From the NCBI GenBank assembly GCA_017451915.1, contig JAFTNJ010000039.1, positions 87,532 through 151,531 of the forward strand: a DNA stretch of 64,000 nt. The letters run 5' to 3'. This DNA is from Clostridia bacterium. GTDB lineage: Bacteria > Bacillota > Clostridia > Oscillospirales > CAG-272. The notes beneath the pieces are model-generated. The model was not told the DNA's origin, ran no database searches, and saw nothing but the letters and a program-made list of their open reading frames with translations. The position numbers and the translations under genes are program-made. Positions 29,901 through 37,807 of the stretch are shown in pieces; within the stretch, counting starts at the first letter, position 1; each line of letters starts with the position of its first letter.

Positions 29901-30918
29901 CCGTGTAGGAAATAATACCCGAGTTCTTACAGCCGGTGACGGTAAGACCGCCGTTGGTTCCGTCAAAGTGGGCAAGAATACCTGCCGCCTGGCCGTTGCC
30001 GGAGCTCTCAATGATGGTTACGTTGGCGTAGTTGACGCAGTTTTCGATCACCACGTCGATGGTTCCGCTGTTCAAGGAACCAACGATGCCGGCGACGTTA
30101 TTGCCCGCGGAGATCTTGCCAAAGTTATTACAGCCCTTCACGGTCACGCCAACCACACCGTCCTCGGTACCGCCAAGGATACCGGCAACGTAGCTCTTGG
30201 TGGAGCTGATGGTGGCCGACGAATTGCAATTCTCAATAACGATGGAGCCCTTGCCGCGAACGATACCGATCACGCCACCCACGTAAGTGACGCTCTTGGA
30301 ACCGCTCTTCTCGCTGATGGTACCGCCGGCTTCCACGCCGGAAACGGTAACCGTCTTTCCCTTTTCGGTCACAACGCAGCCAATGACCTGCGCCACGCCA
30401 ACGGTAGCGGCAGACGCATTGATGGTGATGGAACCCGACTCCACGCGCAGGTTCTTTACCGTGGCACTGCCGCCGATGGAGCCCAGCACCGACTGCTTGC
30501 CGGTGGTAGCCGTCAGCTTAAAGCCGCCGATCTCGTGGCCCTTGCCGTCGAAGGTGCCCTTGAAGTAGTTATCGGAGGAGGGAATGACCCAATCCTTACC
30601 GCCCAGGTTGATGTCCTTCTGCATTTCGATGGTCTTTCCTTCAAAGTCCACCGCGCCGGAGGATGCGTACACCAGCTCAATAAAGCCCTTGAGATCCGCG
30701 CCGTCCGAAAGATAGAAGGTGGAGGCGGAGGGATTGCTGGTATACCAAGAGGTATCGGTGCTGCCGTTCCACGACGGCTCACCCGCAAATGCTACGTTGG
30801 AGTAGTCTTCCTCCAGCTCGTAGCGTCCAAGCTCGATCTGTCCCTGTTGCATACCGCAGGATGCCAACATGGAGAGCATCATGCCGCACAACAGCAAAAT
30901 AGAAATTAATTTTTTCAT
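26923..30918 (-). CDS. large lipoprotein, paralog 3 (same architecture)
   Basis: Lipobox LASC; VGGVIG/CxNxG repeats; CTCGGDVC; THHHSDH, FTHED, AGDLE, QVTHHG. Confidence 0.75.
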   Translation of the reverse strand: MKKLISILLLCGMMLSMLASCGMQQGQIELGRYELEEDYSNVAFAGEPSWNGSTDTSWYTSNPSASTFYLSDGADLKGFIELVYASSGAVDFEGKTIEMQKDINLGGKDWVIPSSDNYFKGTFDGKGHEIGGFKLTATTGKQSVLGSIGGSATVKNLRVESGSITINASAATVGVAQVIGCVVTEKGKTVTVSGVEAGGTISEKSGSKSVTYVGGVIGIVRGKGSIVIENCNSSATISSTKSYVAGILGGTEDGVVGVTVKGCNNFGKISAGNNVAGIVGSLNSGTIDVVIENCVNYANVTIIESSGNGQAAGILAHFDGTNGGLTVTGCKNSGIISYTGAKNGGAWMGGIVGYVYGTGASQLGSVTLRDCHNTGALVANRTSGGLAGFIQRCNTLVIENCSVNAALTFNIMHTGNFYVGGLVGIIHTNSSTEAKISNCTVSGHLTVNETQAVAVYAGGLFGAIRSSSIALSDCDVDVEFSKKNCEEDDVINVALGLNENGSATLTTNNVTYKYHNGVADAENFLILESDTTVFKPLGQQFRKNADGTYDIRFVFGVVHHEADDALVGADLVLKELGTKVNVSTTSESGNTVLANLKGGNVTYNPGDYGCKYFYTTTIKGIPADKVEFEDFGNYTAAYVKDTIISILPFAKVNADAEATTSMGISDFAKTPETYTFEVKDFSSFLPEKFEGVQGILSKYNVTYNPASGLGCQNYLQLGSNDQYVLQKNCTCGGDVCKAGWGSTGAIAYKKNANVPYHYYIDTSSYANSKYFGEELDRYEAYHTWTFEVAEDGYYEICFRIRLNGSEGGTQTRYALVQFDDECYSEQTEFYYNVVVRDGSLRDNAANHDSYLSNYGKYLTKGTHSITFRVPYDTEEINKNISFHIRDIYLVKGAAEPSQADIPMLDGATLYDGNFDSTCTYILNNTTKKTLDAYRQKLEAAGYVLQEERTTEYKTSAFDSENHKQNTPLYNNFYLYTNADYMIYVYYTEGARKIRVVVDDIAEYEKYVEVRNENKTYETVTTPLFAMLDIGGVNDANPSWTVTNGMCYVFRLSDGRFVIVDGGYWFENDTNGAGVKRLYDWLQANDHLPGENNKLTIAAWIITHHHSDHISVEWKFEEMYGQNGKVEIQNYLYNFPSYDYAQTVSGSTCNPDYYSKWFPNMHNLMQRNNNLIAHTGFNYQFADCNIDILFTHEDFYPEKISSFNNSSTVYKITFAGKTFLIAGDLEEPGQKAANKQCGTMLESDFLQVTHHGCNGQIEFFKYIVGLDANGKFNTDTIIVWPLPKGEDMSWYEGTSARAIAMRWLRDMFRNENDLANDNIFFASENYVFTDFN

Positions 30919-30954
30919 CTCTTGAAATCCTTTCTGAAAAATTTCTACTCATTG

Positions 30955-30983
30955 ATTATAACAGAACAAGAAAAAGTTGTCAA
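30955..30983 (-). promoter_or_regulatory. consensus sigma-A promoter of paralog 3
   Basis: TTGACA-17 bp-TATAAT with TG extension; homologous to the 26738-26766 promoter. Confidence 0.8.
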
Positions 30984-31008
30984 GAGAATCAAAAAAAGAA
31001 TCAAAGCG

Positions 31009-31056
31009 CGATTCGTCTTTTTGGCATCTTAACCAAAAACCGATTCGTCTTTTTGG
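31009..31056. repeat. perfect 16-bp direct repeat upstream of paralog 3 promoter
   Basis: CGATTCGTCTTTTTGG at 31009-31024 and 31041-31056 (32-bp period). Confidence 0.8.
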
Positions 31057-31057
31057 T

Positions 31058-31099
31058 AAAAAAAGAAAGAGAGAAGCCGCCCCAAAAAGGCGGCTTCTC
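31058..31099 (-). terminator. intrinsic terminator
   Basis: GAGAAGCCGCC/GGCGGCTTCTC stem with A-rich left flank. Confidence 0.7.
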
Positions 31100-31114
31100 G
31101 TAAAGAAAAAGCGG

Positions 31115-31549
31115 TTATCCGTGATCCGCGGAACGCGCCTGCAAAGAGGGGCGTTTGGGAACCGACAGGATGGCTCCAAGAATGGCAAACAGCGTTCCGG
31201 CAAGGATCACCAAAAGCAAAAGCCCTTGGCTCCCCTGTTCATATACCGTTTGCAGGTCATTCGCAAAATAGTAAAGGTCAACGGAGTCCCCGACCTGAAA
31301 GCCCGTGCGATAGGTATTCAGCCTTGCCGTAATTTCCTCCCCGTTGGCATCAAAAGCCACGTAGACCGTATGCTCGGTGGGGAATTCGGGATCTCCCGTT
31401 TCGCGCTCCTCGATCCGGAGGATGCGCCCGGTGGTATGGATCCGTTCCGCGGCCGCCTGAAAGCTCCTGCCGTACGCGACGGCTCCAAGGAGAACGAACA
31501 ACAGCCCTACCGCAAGAAACACAACTCCAACAATTCTTTTTGCCTTCAC
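31115..31549 (-). CDS. DUF3592-like small membrane protein
   Basis: TM - soluble beta region (TTGRI...VYVAF...FQVGDSVDLYY) - TM architecture. Confidence 0.65.
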   Translation of the reverse strand: MKAKRIVGVVFLAVGLLFVLLGAVAYGRSFQAAAERIHTTGRILRIEERETGDPEFPTEHTVYVAFDANGEEITARLNTYRTGFQVGDSVDLYYFANDLQTVYEQGSQGLLLLVILAGTLFAILGAILSVPKRPSLQARSADHG

Positions 31550-31604
31550 GTCTGTTCCTCCCGGTTGCAGTAAAATATTCCGTTCTGCGCGCGCAAAAAG
31601 GGAC

Positions 31605-32222
31605 TTATTGAATGGGGAGCAGAGGAGAATACCCGGTTTCGGTATCCTCGGTCACCTCAAAGGAGGTGGACTCCACGGTACCCGTGGACCCGTCGGTATA
31701 GGTGATGATCCAGCTCTCGCCGCTCTTGGTGATGGTCTGAATACCGCGACCGTCGTCACCGGTCACCTTGCCAAGATCCAGCACCTCACCGCTGCTCAGG
31801 GTAACGATCAGATGCGCTTCCTTGATCTCAATGCCAACGATGCCAACACCGGCCGCACCGGGATCGCCCTGCGCGCCCTTGTCGCCTTTGTCGCCTTTGT
31901 CACCCTTGTCGCCCTTCTCTCCTTGATCTCCCTTTTCCCCCTTTGCGCCGTCCGCTCCGGTAACCTTGCCGAGATTTTCGGTGGTTCCGTTGGTGTAGGT
32001 GAGAATCAGATCGCCGTTGTCATCCACCTCTGCCTTGGAGATCCCGACCGCGTCCTGTCCCTTGACCGAACCGATGACCTGGAGATTTCCGTCGCCGTAA
32101 TCGGCTACCAGATTTCCTTCGGCATCCAAAGAGAAGGTGGGCAGCGTTGCCTCACCGCAGGAGGTCAGCACGCTCAACGTCAGCGCGCACAGTATCACAA
32201 TGGCAAATACTTTGGTCTTCAT
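31605..32222 (-). CDS. collagen-like lipoprotein
   Basis: Lipobox LTSC; about 12 Gly-X-Y triplets (GADGAKGEKGDQGEKGDKGDKGDKGDKGAQGDPGAAG); repeated GxLIxTxxxG...LGKV modules. Confidence 0.8.
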   Translation of the reverse strand: MKTKVFAIVILCALTLSVLTSCGEATLPTFSLDAEGNLVADYGDGNLQVIGSVKGQDAVGISKAEVDDNGDLILTYTNGTTENLGKVTGADGAKGEKGDQGEKGDKGDKGDKGDKGAQGDPGAAGVGIVGIEIKEAHLIVTLSSGEVLDLGKVTGDDGRGIQTITKSGESWIITYTDGSTGTVESTSFEVTEDTETGYSPLLPIQ

Positions 32223-32250
32223 AATCCAATCGCTCCTTGTCTTTTTTTTC

Positions 32251-32279
32251 ATTATAACAAACCTTTTCGGGTTTGTCAA
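32251..32279 (-). promoter_or_regulatory. consensus sigma-A promoter with internal inverted repeat
   Basis: TTGACA-17 bp-TATAAT; ACAAACC-N6-GGTTTGT dyad spans the spacer. Confidence 0.75.
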
Positions 32280-32323
32280 CAGAATTTTCAGCACGTACCA
32301 AGAAAAAACGGTTGCCTTCTCTC

Positions 32324-33154
32324 TCAAAACTCGTGGATCTCCACGGGGGCACCGTCGTAGATCTTGCGGAACCGGGTGGGGGAAATGCCGTAAAACCGCT
32401 TGAAGGCCGCGCTGAATTTTCCCACACTCTCAAAGGAAAGGGTGGCGGCGATCTGCGAAATATTCAAGGAGGAATTCAGCAGCAAATGCCGCGCCTCCTT
32501 GAGCCGCAAAGAGAGATAATAGGCATACGGGGTGGATTTTGTGTAGCTCTTGAACAGATGGCTGAAATGAGAATTGCTGTAACCGATGGCGTGGGCAATG
32601 GTACTGACGTCCACGTTTTCGTTGATGTGGTCCCGCATATAGCAGATGGCACGGAACAAAGCTTGCTGGTGGGAGGAGGGGCACTTGACCCGATAGATTC
32701 CTTCCTCGCCCGAGTGCTCGGAAAGATAAAACAGGGCCTGCAGCAGTAACAAATGGGAGTGGATCCGCGGCAGATCCTCCTTGGATTGGCGGGAGCTGCG
32801 CATAAACGCGCTCCAAAGGGATTGAAAGCCCTCGTCAACGCGGAAGGCCGTGGGGATCTTTTCCATCATTCGTACCAGGTGTCCGCCGGGGTCGTCCGTC
32901 ACCTCAAAGCGGACGAAGTCCCGATTGAACTCCCTCTTTTTGGGGCTGTTGGAATAGCGAAGATCCCCCGGCTTGGCAAAGACCACACGCCCCTCAAAGC
33001 AATCGATCTCCTCCCCGTTGATCACCGCCATGCCGTCGGACTCGTGAAGGATCTCGATCTCATAGTACAAAACAAAGCGCAAGGGCGTACGATCCAGGGA
33101 AAACTTTGGGCGCCAGACCCCCTGCTCCACAATATTGATCTCGGGCAATTGCAT
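32324..33154 (-). CDS. AraC family transcriptional regulator
   Basis: N-terminal cupin; C-terminal double HTH (YSNSHFSHLFK...ISQIA...FSAAFKRFYGISP). Confidence 0.9.
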   Translation of the reverse strand: MQLPEINIVEQGVWRPKFSLDRTPLRFVLYYEIEILHESDGMAVINGEEIDCFEGRVVFAKPGDLRYSNSPKKREFNRDFVRFEVTDDPGGHLVRMMEKIPTAFRVDEGFQSLWSAFMRSSRQSKEDLPRIHSHLLLLQALFYLSEHSGEEGIYRVKCPSSHQQALFRAICYMRDHINENVDVSTIAHAIGYSNSHFSHLFKSYTKSTPYAYYLSLRLKEARHLLLNSSLNISQIAATLSFESVGKFSAAFKRFYGISPTRFRKIYDGAPVEIHEF

Positions 33155-33211
33155 CGTTTTTTTCCTTTCTTCCTCCAAAAATGCAAAAATCACAGTTTAT
33201 CATAAAAAATC

Positions 33212-33309
33212 AGGGCAAATATCGCAGAAAAAGGACTTGCTTTCGCAGAAAAAACATGGTATCATAAGAATAGCAAAGTAAGTATAACACAAAACCGAAG
33301 GTCTGTCAA
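33212..33309. promoter_or_regulatory. face-to-face promoters (GH16 rightward, araC leftward) with 21-bp-period direct repeat
   Basis: + strand TTGCTT-17-TATCAT (33237-33265); - strand TTGACA-17-TATACT (33281-33309); TCGCAGAAAAA at 33222 and 33243. Confidence 0.6.
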
Positions 33310-33338
33310 CCGATCCCATCAAATTAAGGAGGCTATTT

Positions 33339-34250
33339 ATGGCGTTTGTAGACACTGAATTGAAGGACGTGGGCATGGTAAAAGCCCACACCGTAAGCGA
33401 AAAAGCGGCCAGCTATCTCCCCGCGGACAAGCAATGGAAGCTGGTTTGGAACGACGAATTTGACGGCGACGCTCTGGACGAGAGCAAATGGAACTACCGC
33501 CTCAACTTCTGGGGCTACAAGTCCCCCACCTACACCGACGAGGGCGTGGAGGTCAGCAACGATACTCTGAAAATTCATCTGGTACGCAAGGGCGACGATT
33601 TCTACTCCGCCCATCTGCAAACCGGCTCCCTCACCTTTGACAATCCCGCCGAGCCCGACAACAAGAACAAGTTCTGGCCCTTTGGCGAGATCAAGCCCCC
33701 CAAGTTCTTACATAAGTACGGATACTACGAGATCCGTTGCCGCCTTCCCAAGCACGATGGCTGGCACGCCGCCTTTTGGCTCCAGGCTCCCGGCATCGGC
33801 TCCCATCCCGACCCCTCGGTCTGCGGCGTGGAATGCGACATTCTGGAAAACTACCGCCAAGTTAAGGACGGCAAGATCATCTGCGGCTGTGGATGGGGCG
33901 GCTACGGCATGAACCGCCATTGGTTCGGCCATTACGCCTTTGATTTTGAGGAAACCGAGGATGGCTGGCACTACTACGGTGTGGACTGGTCTCCCGAGGG
34001 CTACGTCTTTTACGCCGACGGCAAAATGGTTGGCAAGCAGATGGCTCCCGAGTGCGCCGTTTCCAACGTGGAGCAGTTCGTTCTGGTCTCCACCGAGTGC
34101 CACGGCTATCACCGGGAATTCACCCGCAAGGGCGGCGAGGGCGAAACCAAAAAAGAAATGGGCAACTGGGGCAGACCCGTTCCCGAGCTCTTTAGCGCCT
34201 TCCCCGATTGCTTTGAGGTCGACTTCGTCCGCGTGTATGATGAAGTGTGA
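33339..34250 (+). CDS. GH16 glycoside hydrolase, no signal peptide
   Basis: WKLVWNDEFDG, YGYYEIRC, AFWL, catalytic ECDILE, FEVDFVRVY. Confidence 0.85.
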   Translation: MAFVDTELKDVGMVKAHTVSEKAASYLPADKQWKLVWNDEFDGDALDESKWNYRLNFWGYKSPTYTDEGVEVSNDTLKIHLVRKGDDFYSAHLQTGSLTFDNPAEPDNKNKFWPFGEIKPPKFLHKYGYYEIRCRLPKHDGWHAAFWLQAPGIGSHPDPSVCGVECDILENYRQVKDGKIICGCGWGGYGMNRHWFGHYAFDFEETEDGWHYYGVDWSPEGYVFYADGKMVGKQMAPECAVSNVEQFVLVSTECHGYHREFTRKGGEGETKKEMGNWGRPVPELFSAFPDCFEVDFVRVYDEV

Positions 34251-34296
34251 GGTGTTTGGCAAATCGGGAAAGCAAGTGCTTCGATCTTCCCTTTTC

Positions 34297-34637
34297 GTGT
34301 CATCTCAGAGCAGGCTCGCAAGCTCGCCCGAACCCGACCATAGGGAAGATCTTGTAACGATAAACGTGTCATCCTGAGCGGAGAAAAATATCCGGTGGAT
34401 GTTTTTCGCAGTCGAACCCGACCATAGGGAGGGCAACGCCGCAGGCGTTGGGATCTTGTAACGAGTTTTGCAATCTTTCATGTGCAATGAAAGTTACTTT
34501 TTCTACAAAAGTCAGCAGAACTCCTTCGTGGATCCCTTCGTCGCTCCCGCTCCTCGGTTTGCTCCGCTCACCATTGCGTTGCAATGCTTTCGCCTGCGCA
34601 AACTTCGACTCCGCTTCGCTCCACTCAGGATGACACG
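34297..34637. repeat. REP/MITE-like palindromic element with partial tandem copy
   Basis: 18/19-bp inverted repeat CGTGTCATCCTGAG(C/T)GGAG at 34365-34383 and 34619-34637; CGAACCCGACCATAGGGA duplicated (34329, 34413); GATCTTGTAACGA duplicated (34348, 34452). Confidence 0.7.
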
Positions 34638-34824
34638 CAAAATTATCCATTTGTATAAATTCCACAGTAAAACAACTCTAGTGCGCGGTCAGGGCCTCGG
34701 TGGTCCCTGACCGCTATCGGGAGCTTCATTATGTCAGCAAGGAAACTGACAAGTCCGCAGTGAAAACTTTGGAGCGATCCACAATCGTTCCCAATCGCAC
34801 AAACTCCAATAAAACTTTTCTTGA

Positions 34825-34907
34825 AAAGTTTTCGTCCACCTTTTTCAAAAAGGTTGCGGGGTCCAGGGGCAGAGCCCCGGTCATCCTCCGCAGAGGGCGA
34901 AATCCCC
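34825..34907 (+). repeat. three-hairpin dispersed repeat, copy A
   Basis: Aligns with 62873-62956 with compensatory stem changes. Confidence 0.65.
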
Positions 34908-34945
34908 ATTGTCAATTAAAACATCAATAGAAAGGATAAAAATCA

Positions 34946-36106
34946 ATGAAAGTTACCGACGTAAAAACATTTGTAGTAGACTGTTTCCGCACCAACTGGG
35001 TGTTTGTAAAGGTTTACACCGACGAGGGCATCGAGGGTGTGGGCGAAGGCACGCTGGAGTACAAGGAAAAGGCTCTGGTGGGTGCCGTTGAGCACATCAA
35101 GAACTACCTGATCGGCAAGGATCCCAGACAGGTGGAGAAGCACTTCCACGACATCTACCGTGACGCTTACTGGAGAGGCGGCGCCGTTCTGATGAGTGCC
35201 CTTTCCGCCGTGGAGATGGCTCTTTGGGACATTCTCGGAAAATCCCTGGGCGTTCCCGTGTATCAGCTTTTGGGCGGCAAGGTCAACGAGGACTGCCGCA
35301 TCTACGTCAACGGCTGGTTCGCCGGCGCGAAGGAGCCCGAGGAATTTGGTCAGAAGGCCAAGGAGGCCGTCAAGCGCGGCGTCACCGCCATGAAGTGGGA
35401 TCCCTTTGGAAAGAGCTACCTGCAGATCTCCAACCGGGATCTGGACAAGGCTCTGCGTTGCATCGCCGCCGTACGTGAAGCGGTGGGCGACGAGGTAGAT
35501 CTGCTCATCGAGGCCCACGGACGCTTTGACGTTCCCACGGGCATCAAGATCGCCCAGGAGGTGGCACAGTTCAAGCCCATGTTCTTAGAGGAACCCGTCC
35601 CCCCCAACAATCTGGAGGCTCTGGAAGCCGTGCGCGCAAAATCTCCCGTGGCTATCTCGGCAGGCGAGCGTCTGTACACCCGTTTTGATTACAACGAGCT
35701 CTTCCGCCGCCGCGCCTGCGACTACATTCAGCCCGACATCTCCCACGCCGGCGGTATTATGGAGTTGAAGAAGATCGCCGCCATTGCCGAGGCCAACTAC
35801 ATCCCCTTCGCTCCCCACAACCCCTCGGGTCCCGTGGCCAACGCCGCCACCCTGCAGCTGGCCGCCTGCTGCCCCAACTTCTGCATTCTCGAGATCATGT
35901 ATAGCGACGTGGATTGGCGTAAGGACGTGACCAACGAAAACCTCATCTACGAGAACGGTCGCATCAAGATCGGCGACAAGCCCGGACTTGGCATTGAATT
36001 GAACGAGGAGGCTTGCCTGGAGCATCCTTACGTGGAGCACAACCTGCGCCACTACACCGGAGCCCTCACCGACATCCGTCCCGCCAAGACCGAGTTCTAT
36101 TTCTAA
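34946..36106 (+). CDS. dgoD: galactonate dehydratase-like enolase superfamily (MR/MLE) protein
   Basis: ALWDILGK, PVYQLLGG, IEAHGR, LEEP, AGERL, IQPD, APHNP. Confidence 0.8.
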   Translation: MKVTDVKTFVVDCFRTNWVFVKVYTDEGIEGVGEGTLEYKEKALVGAVEHIKNYLIGKDPRQVEKHFHDIYRDAYWRGGAVLMSALSAVEMALWDILGKSLGVPVYQLLGGKVNEDCRIYVNGWFAGAKEPEEFGQKAKEAVKRGVTAMKWDPFGKSYLQISNRDLDKALRCIAAVREAVGDEVDLLIEAHGRFDVPTGIKIAQEVAQFKPMFLEEPVPPNNLEALEAVRAKSPVAISAGERLYTRFDYNELFRRRACDYIQPDISHAGGIMELKKIAAIAEANYIPFAPHNPSGPVANAATLQLAACCPNFCILEIMYSDVDWRKDVTNENLIYENGRIKIGDKPGLGIELNEEACLEHPYVEHNLRHYTGALTDIRPAKTEFYF

Positions 36107-36113
36107 AAACGCC

Positions 36114-36944
36114 ATGAAGATTTTTGAAGTAAAGGATCACGAGCCCAGCCTGCTCCCCGACGGGGACTGGTCTTTGATTTGGAACGACGAATTTGACGGC
36201 GACAAGCTGGACGACTCCAAATGGTATTTCCGCCGCCACCTGTTCCACAAGGAGCACAAGGCGTGGCTTGGTGAGGAAGGCGTCGAGTTTGACGGCAACA
36301 GCAACATCATCTTCAAGATGGTGGAAAAGGACGGTAAGTATTATTCCTCTCAATTGCAAACGGGAGAGAATTGGTACGACCGTCCCGGCTCCAAGGACAC
36401 CTGGAACGTGGCCCCCTTCCGTCAGCCCAAATTCCTGCACAAATACGGCTATTACGAGGTGCGCTGTCACCTGCAGCAGGGAGACAAATGGTGGTCGGCC
36501 TTCTGGCTCCAGTCTCCCAACATTGGCACCCACCCCGATCCCAAGATCGCCGGCGTGGAGGTGGATATTATGGAAAGCTTCTTCCCCAACACCTACATTC
36601 CCCATTTCCTCCACTGGGGCGGCTACGGTGAGGATCATCAAAAGGACACCACCATGGACGAAAAAAGAAGCGCCCGACGGGAGGATGCCATTCCTCTGGA
36701 AAAAGGCTTCCACCGCTTTGGCGTGCTTTGGGAGGAGGACGGCTACACCTTCTTTGTGGACGGAAAGCAGTCGGGTCCCAAGCTCACCTCGGTCTCCTCG
36801 GGGGCGGAGCAATTCATTCTTGTGGGTACCGAGTGTCTCGGCTACCGAGATCACATCCCCGGCTTCCACCGCGGTGTGGAATACGAAGCCCTCCCCGGAG
36901 ATACCTTCGTGGTGGACTACGTGCGCGTCTTTGATAAAAAATAA
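36114..36944 (+). CDS. GH16 glycoside hydrolase, paralog, no signal peptide
   Basis: WSLIWNDEFDG, YGYYEVRC, AFWL, catalytic EVDIME, VDYVRVF. Confidence 0.85.
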   Translation: MKIFEVKDHEPSLLPDGDWSLIWNDEFDGDKLDDSKWYFRRHLFHKEHKAWLGEEGVEFDGNSNIIFKMVEKDGKYYSSQLQTGENWYDRPGSKDTWNVAPFRQPKFLHKYGYYEVRCHLQQGDKWWSAFWLQSPNIGTHPDPKIAGVEVDIMESFFPNTYIPHFLHWGGYGEDHQKDTTMDEKRSARREDAIPLEKGFHRFGVLWEEDGYTFFVDGKQSGPKLTSVSSGAEQFILVGTECLGYRDHIPGFHRGVEYEALPGDTFVVDYVRVFDKK

Positions 36945-36965
36945 TTTGAGAAAAGGAAAAAAATA

Positions 36966-37745
36966 ATGAACGCAGCATTGATTACCGGCGCCTGCATCAA
37001 TACGGGTGTCGCCATTGTAGAAAAATTTGCCGGCGAAGGCAAAAACGTGGTCTTTACCGGCAGAAGCATTGAAAAAGTAGCCGAGGCCGAGGCCGCCTAC
37101 CGCAAAAAGTTCCCCAACGTAACCATTCTGGGCTACGCCATGGATTCCCTTCTGGACGAGCGCACCGTGGACGAGAAATCGGTGGAGGAGCTCTTCGCCG
37201 ATCTGGACGCCAAGGGCATCCTGATTGACAGTCTCGTTCTCAACGCCGCCGATCAGGGTCTTGGCATGAAGGTGTTTGAAAGCCCCCTGACCGACCTGAT
37301 GAAGGTGATCAACACCAACGTGGTCTGGAACTTCTGCCTGACCGAGCACGCCGCTCGCCGCATGAAGGAAAACGGCGGCGGAAGCGTGGTCTTCCTCAAC
37401 TCCAACACCGCCTACCGCGCCATCCCCGACCGCGTTGCCTACGTGGCATCCAAGGGAGGTCAGCTGGGTCTGATGCGCGCCCTGGCACTGGATCTTGGCA
37501 AGTACAACATCCGCGTCAACGCCGTTCTCCCCGGTATGATCAAAACCGACCGCTGGGAAAAGAACCCCGACTTCTACGCCTCGGTTCCCTCTCGCTACAC
37601 CCCCATTGGTGACGTGGCCATTGGTGCCGATATTGCCGACGCCGTTTGGTACTTCTCCGAGCACGCCAGAAACACCACCGGTGCCGAGCTCGTGGTGGAC
37701 GGCGGTAACACCATTCAGCTCTATCCCATTATTCCGGAGAAATAA
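36966..37745 (+). CDS. SDR family oxidoreductase
   Basis: Atypical TGACINTG Rossmann loop, LNAA, YVASK catalytic motif, IRVNAVLPG, VDGG. Confidence 0.85.
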   Translation: MNAALITGACINTGVAIVEKFAGEGKNVVFTGRSIEKVAEAEAAYRKKFPNVTILGYAMDSLLDERTVDEKSVEELFADLDAKGILIDSLVLNAADQGLGMKVFESPLTDLMKVINTNVVWNFCLTEHAARRMKENGGGSVVFLNSNTAYRAIPDRVAYVASKGGQLGLMRALALDLGKYNIRVNAVLPGMIKTDRWEKNPDFYASVPSRYTPIGDVAIGADIADAVWYFSEHARNTTGAELVVDGGNTIQLYPIIPEK

Positions 37746-37807
37746 GTCCGTTTTTCGCGGGAGCCTTTTTCTAAAAAAATTCCGACAAACTGAAGGGAGA
37801 ACACGTT

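Noticed and set aside
18500-30909. Three plus-strand ORFs of about 1300 aa opposite the giant lipoproteins
   Set aside because: In-register antisense frames rich in V/G/L/D/H, as expected when sense genes avoid TTA, CTA and TCA codons
18563-30918. Possible diversity-generating retroelement or invertible shufflon among the paralogs
   Set aside because: No reverse transcriptase or recombinase in the window; all copies are co-oriented and differences are not adenine-specific by eye
34305-34930. Small ORFs in the GH16-dgoD gap
   Set aside because: They overlap palindromic repeat elements and have no recognisable protein features
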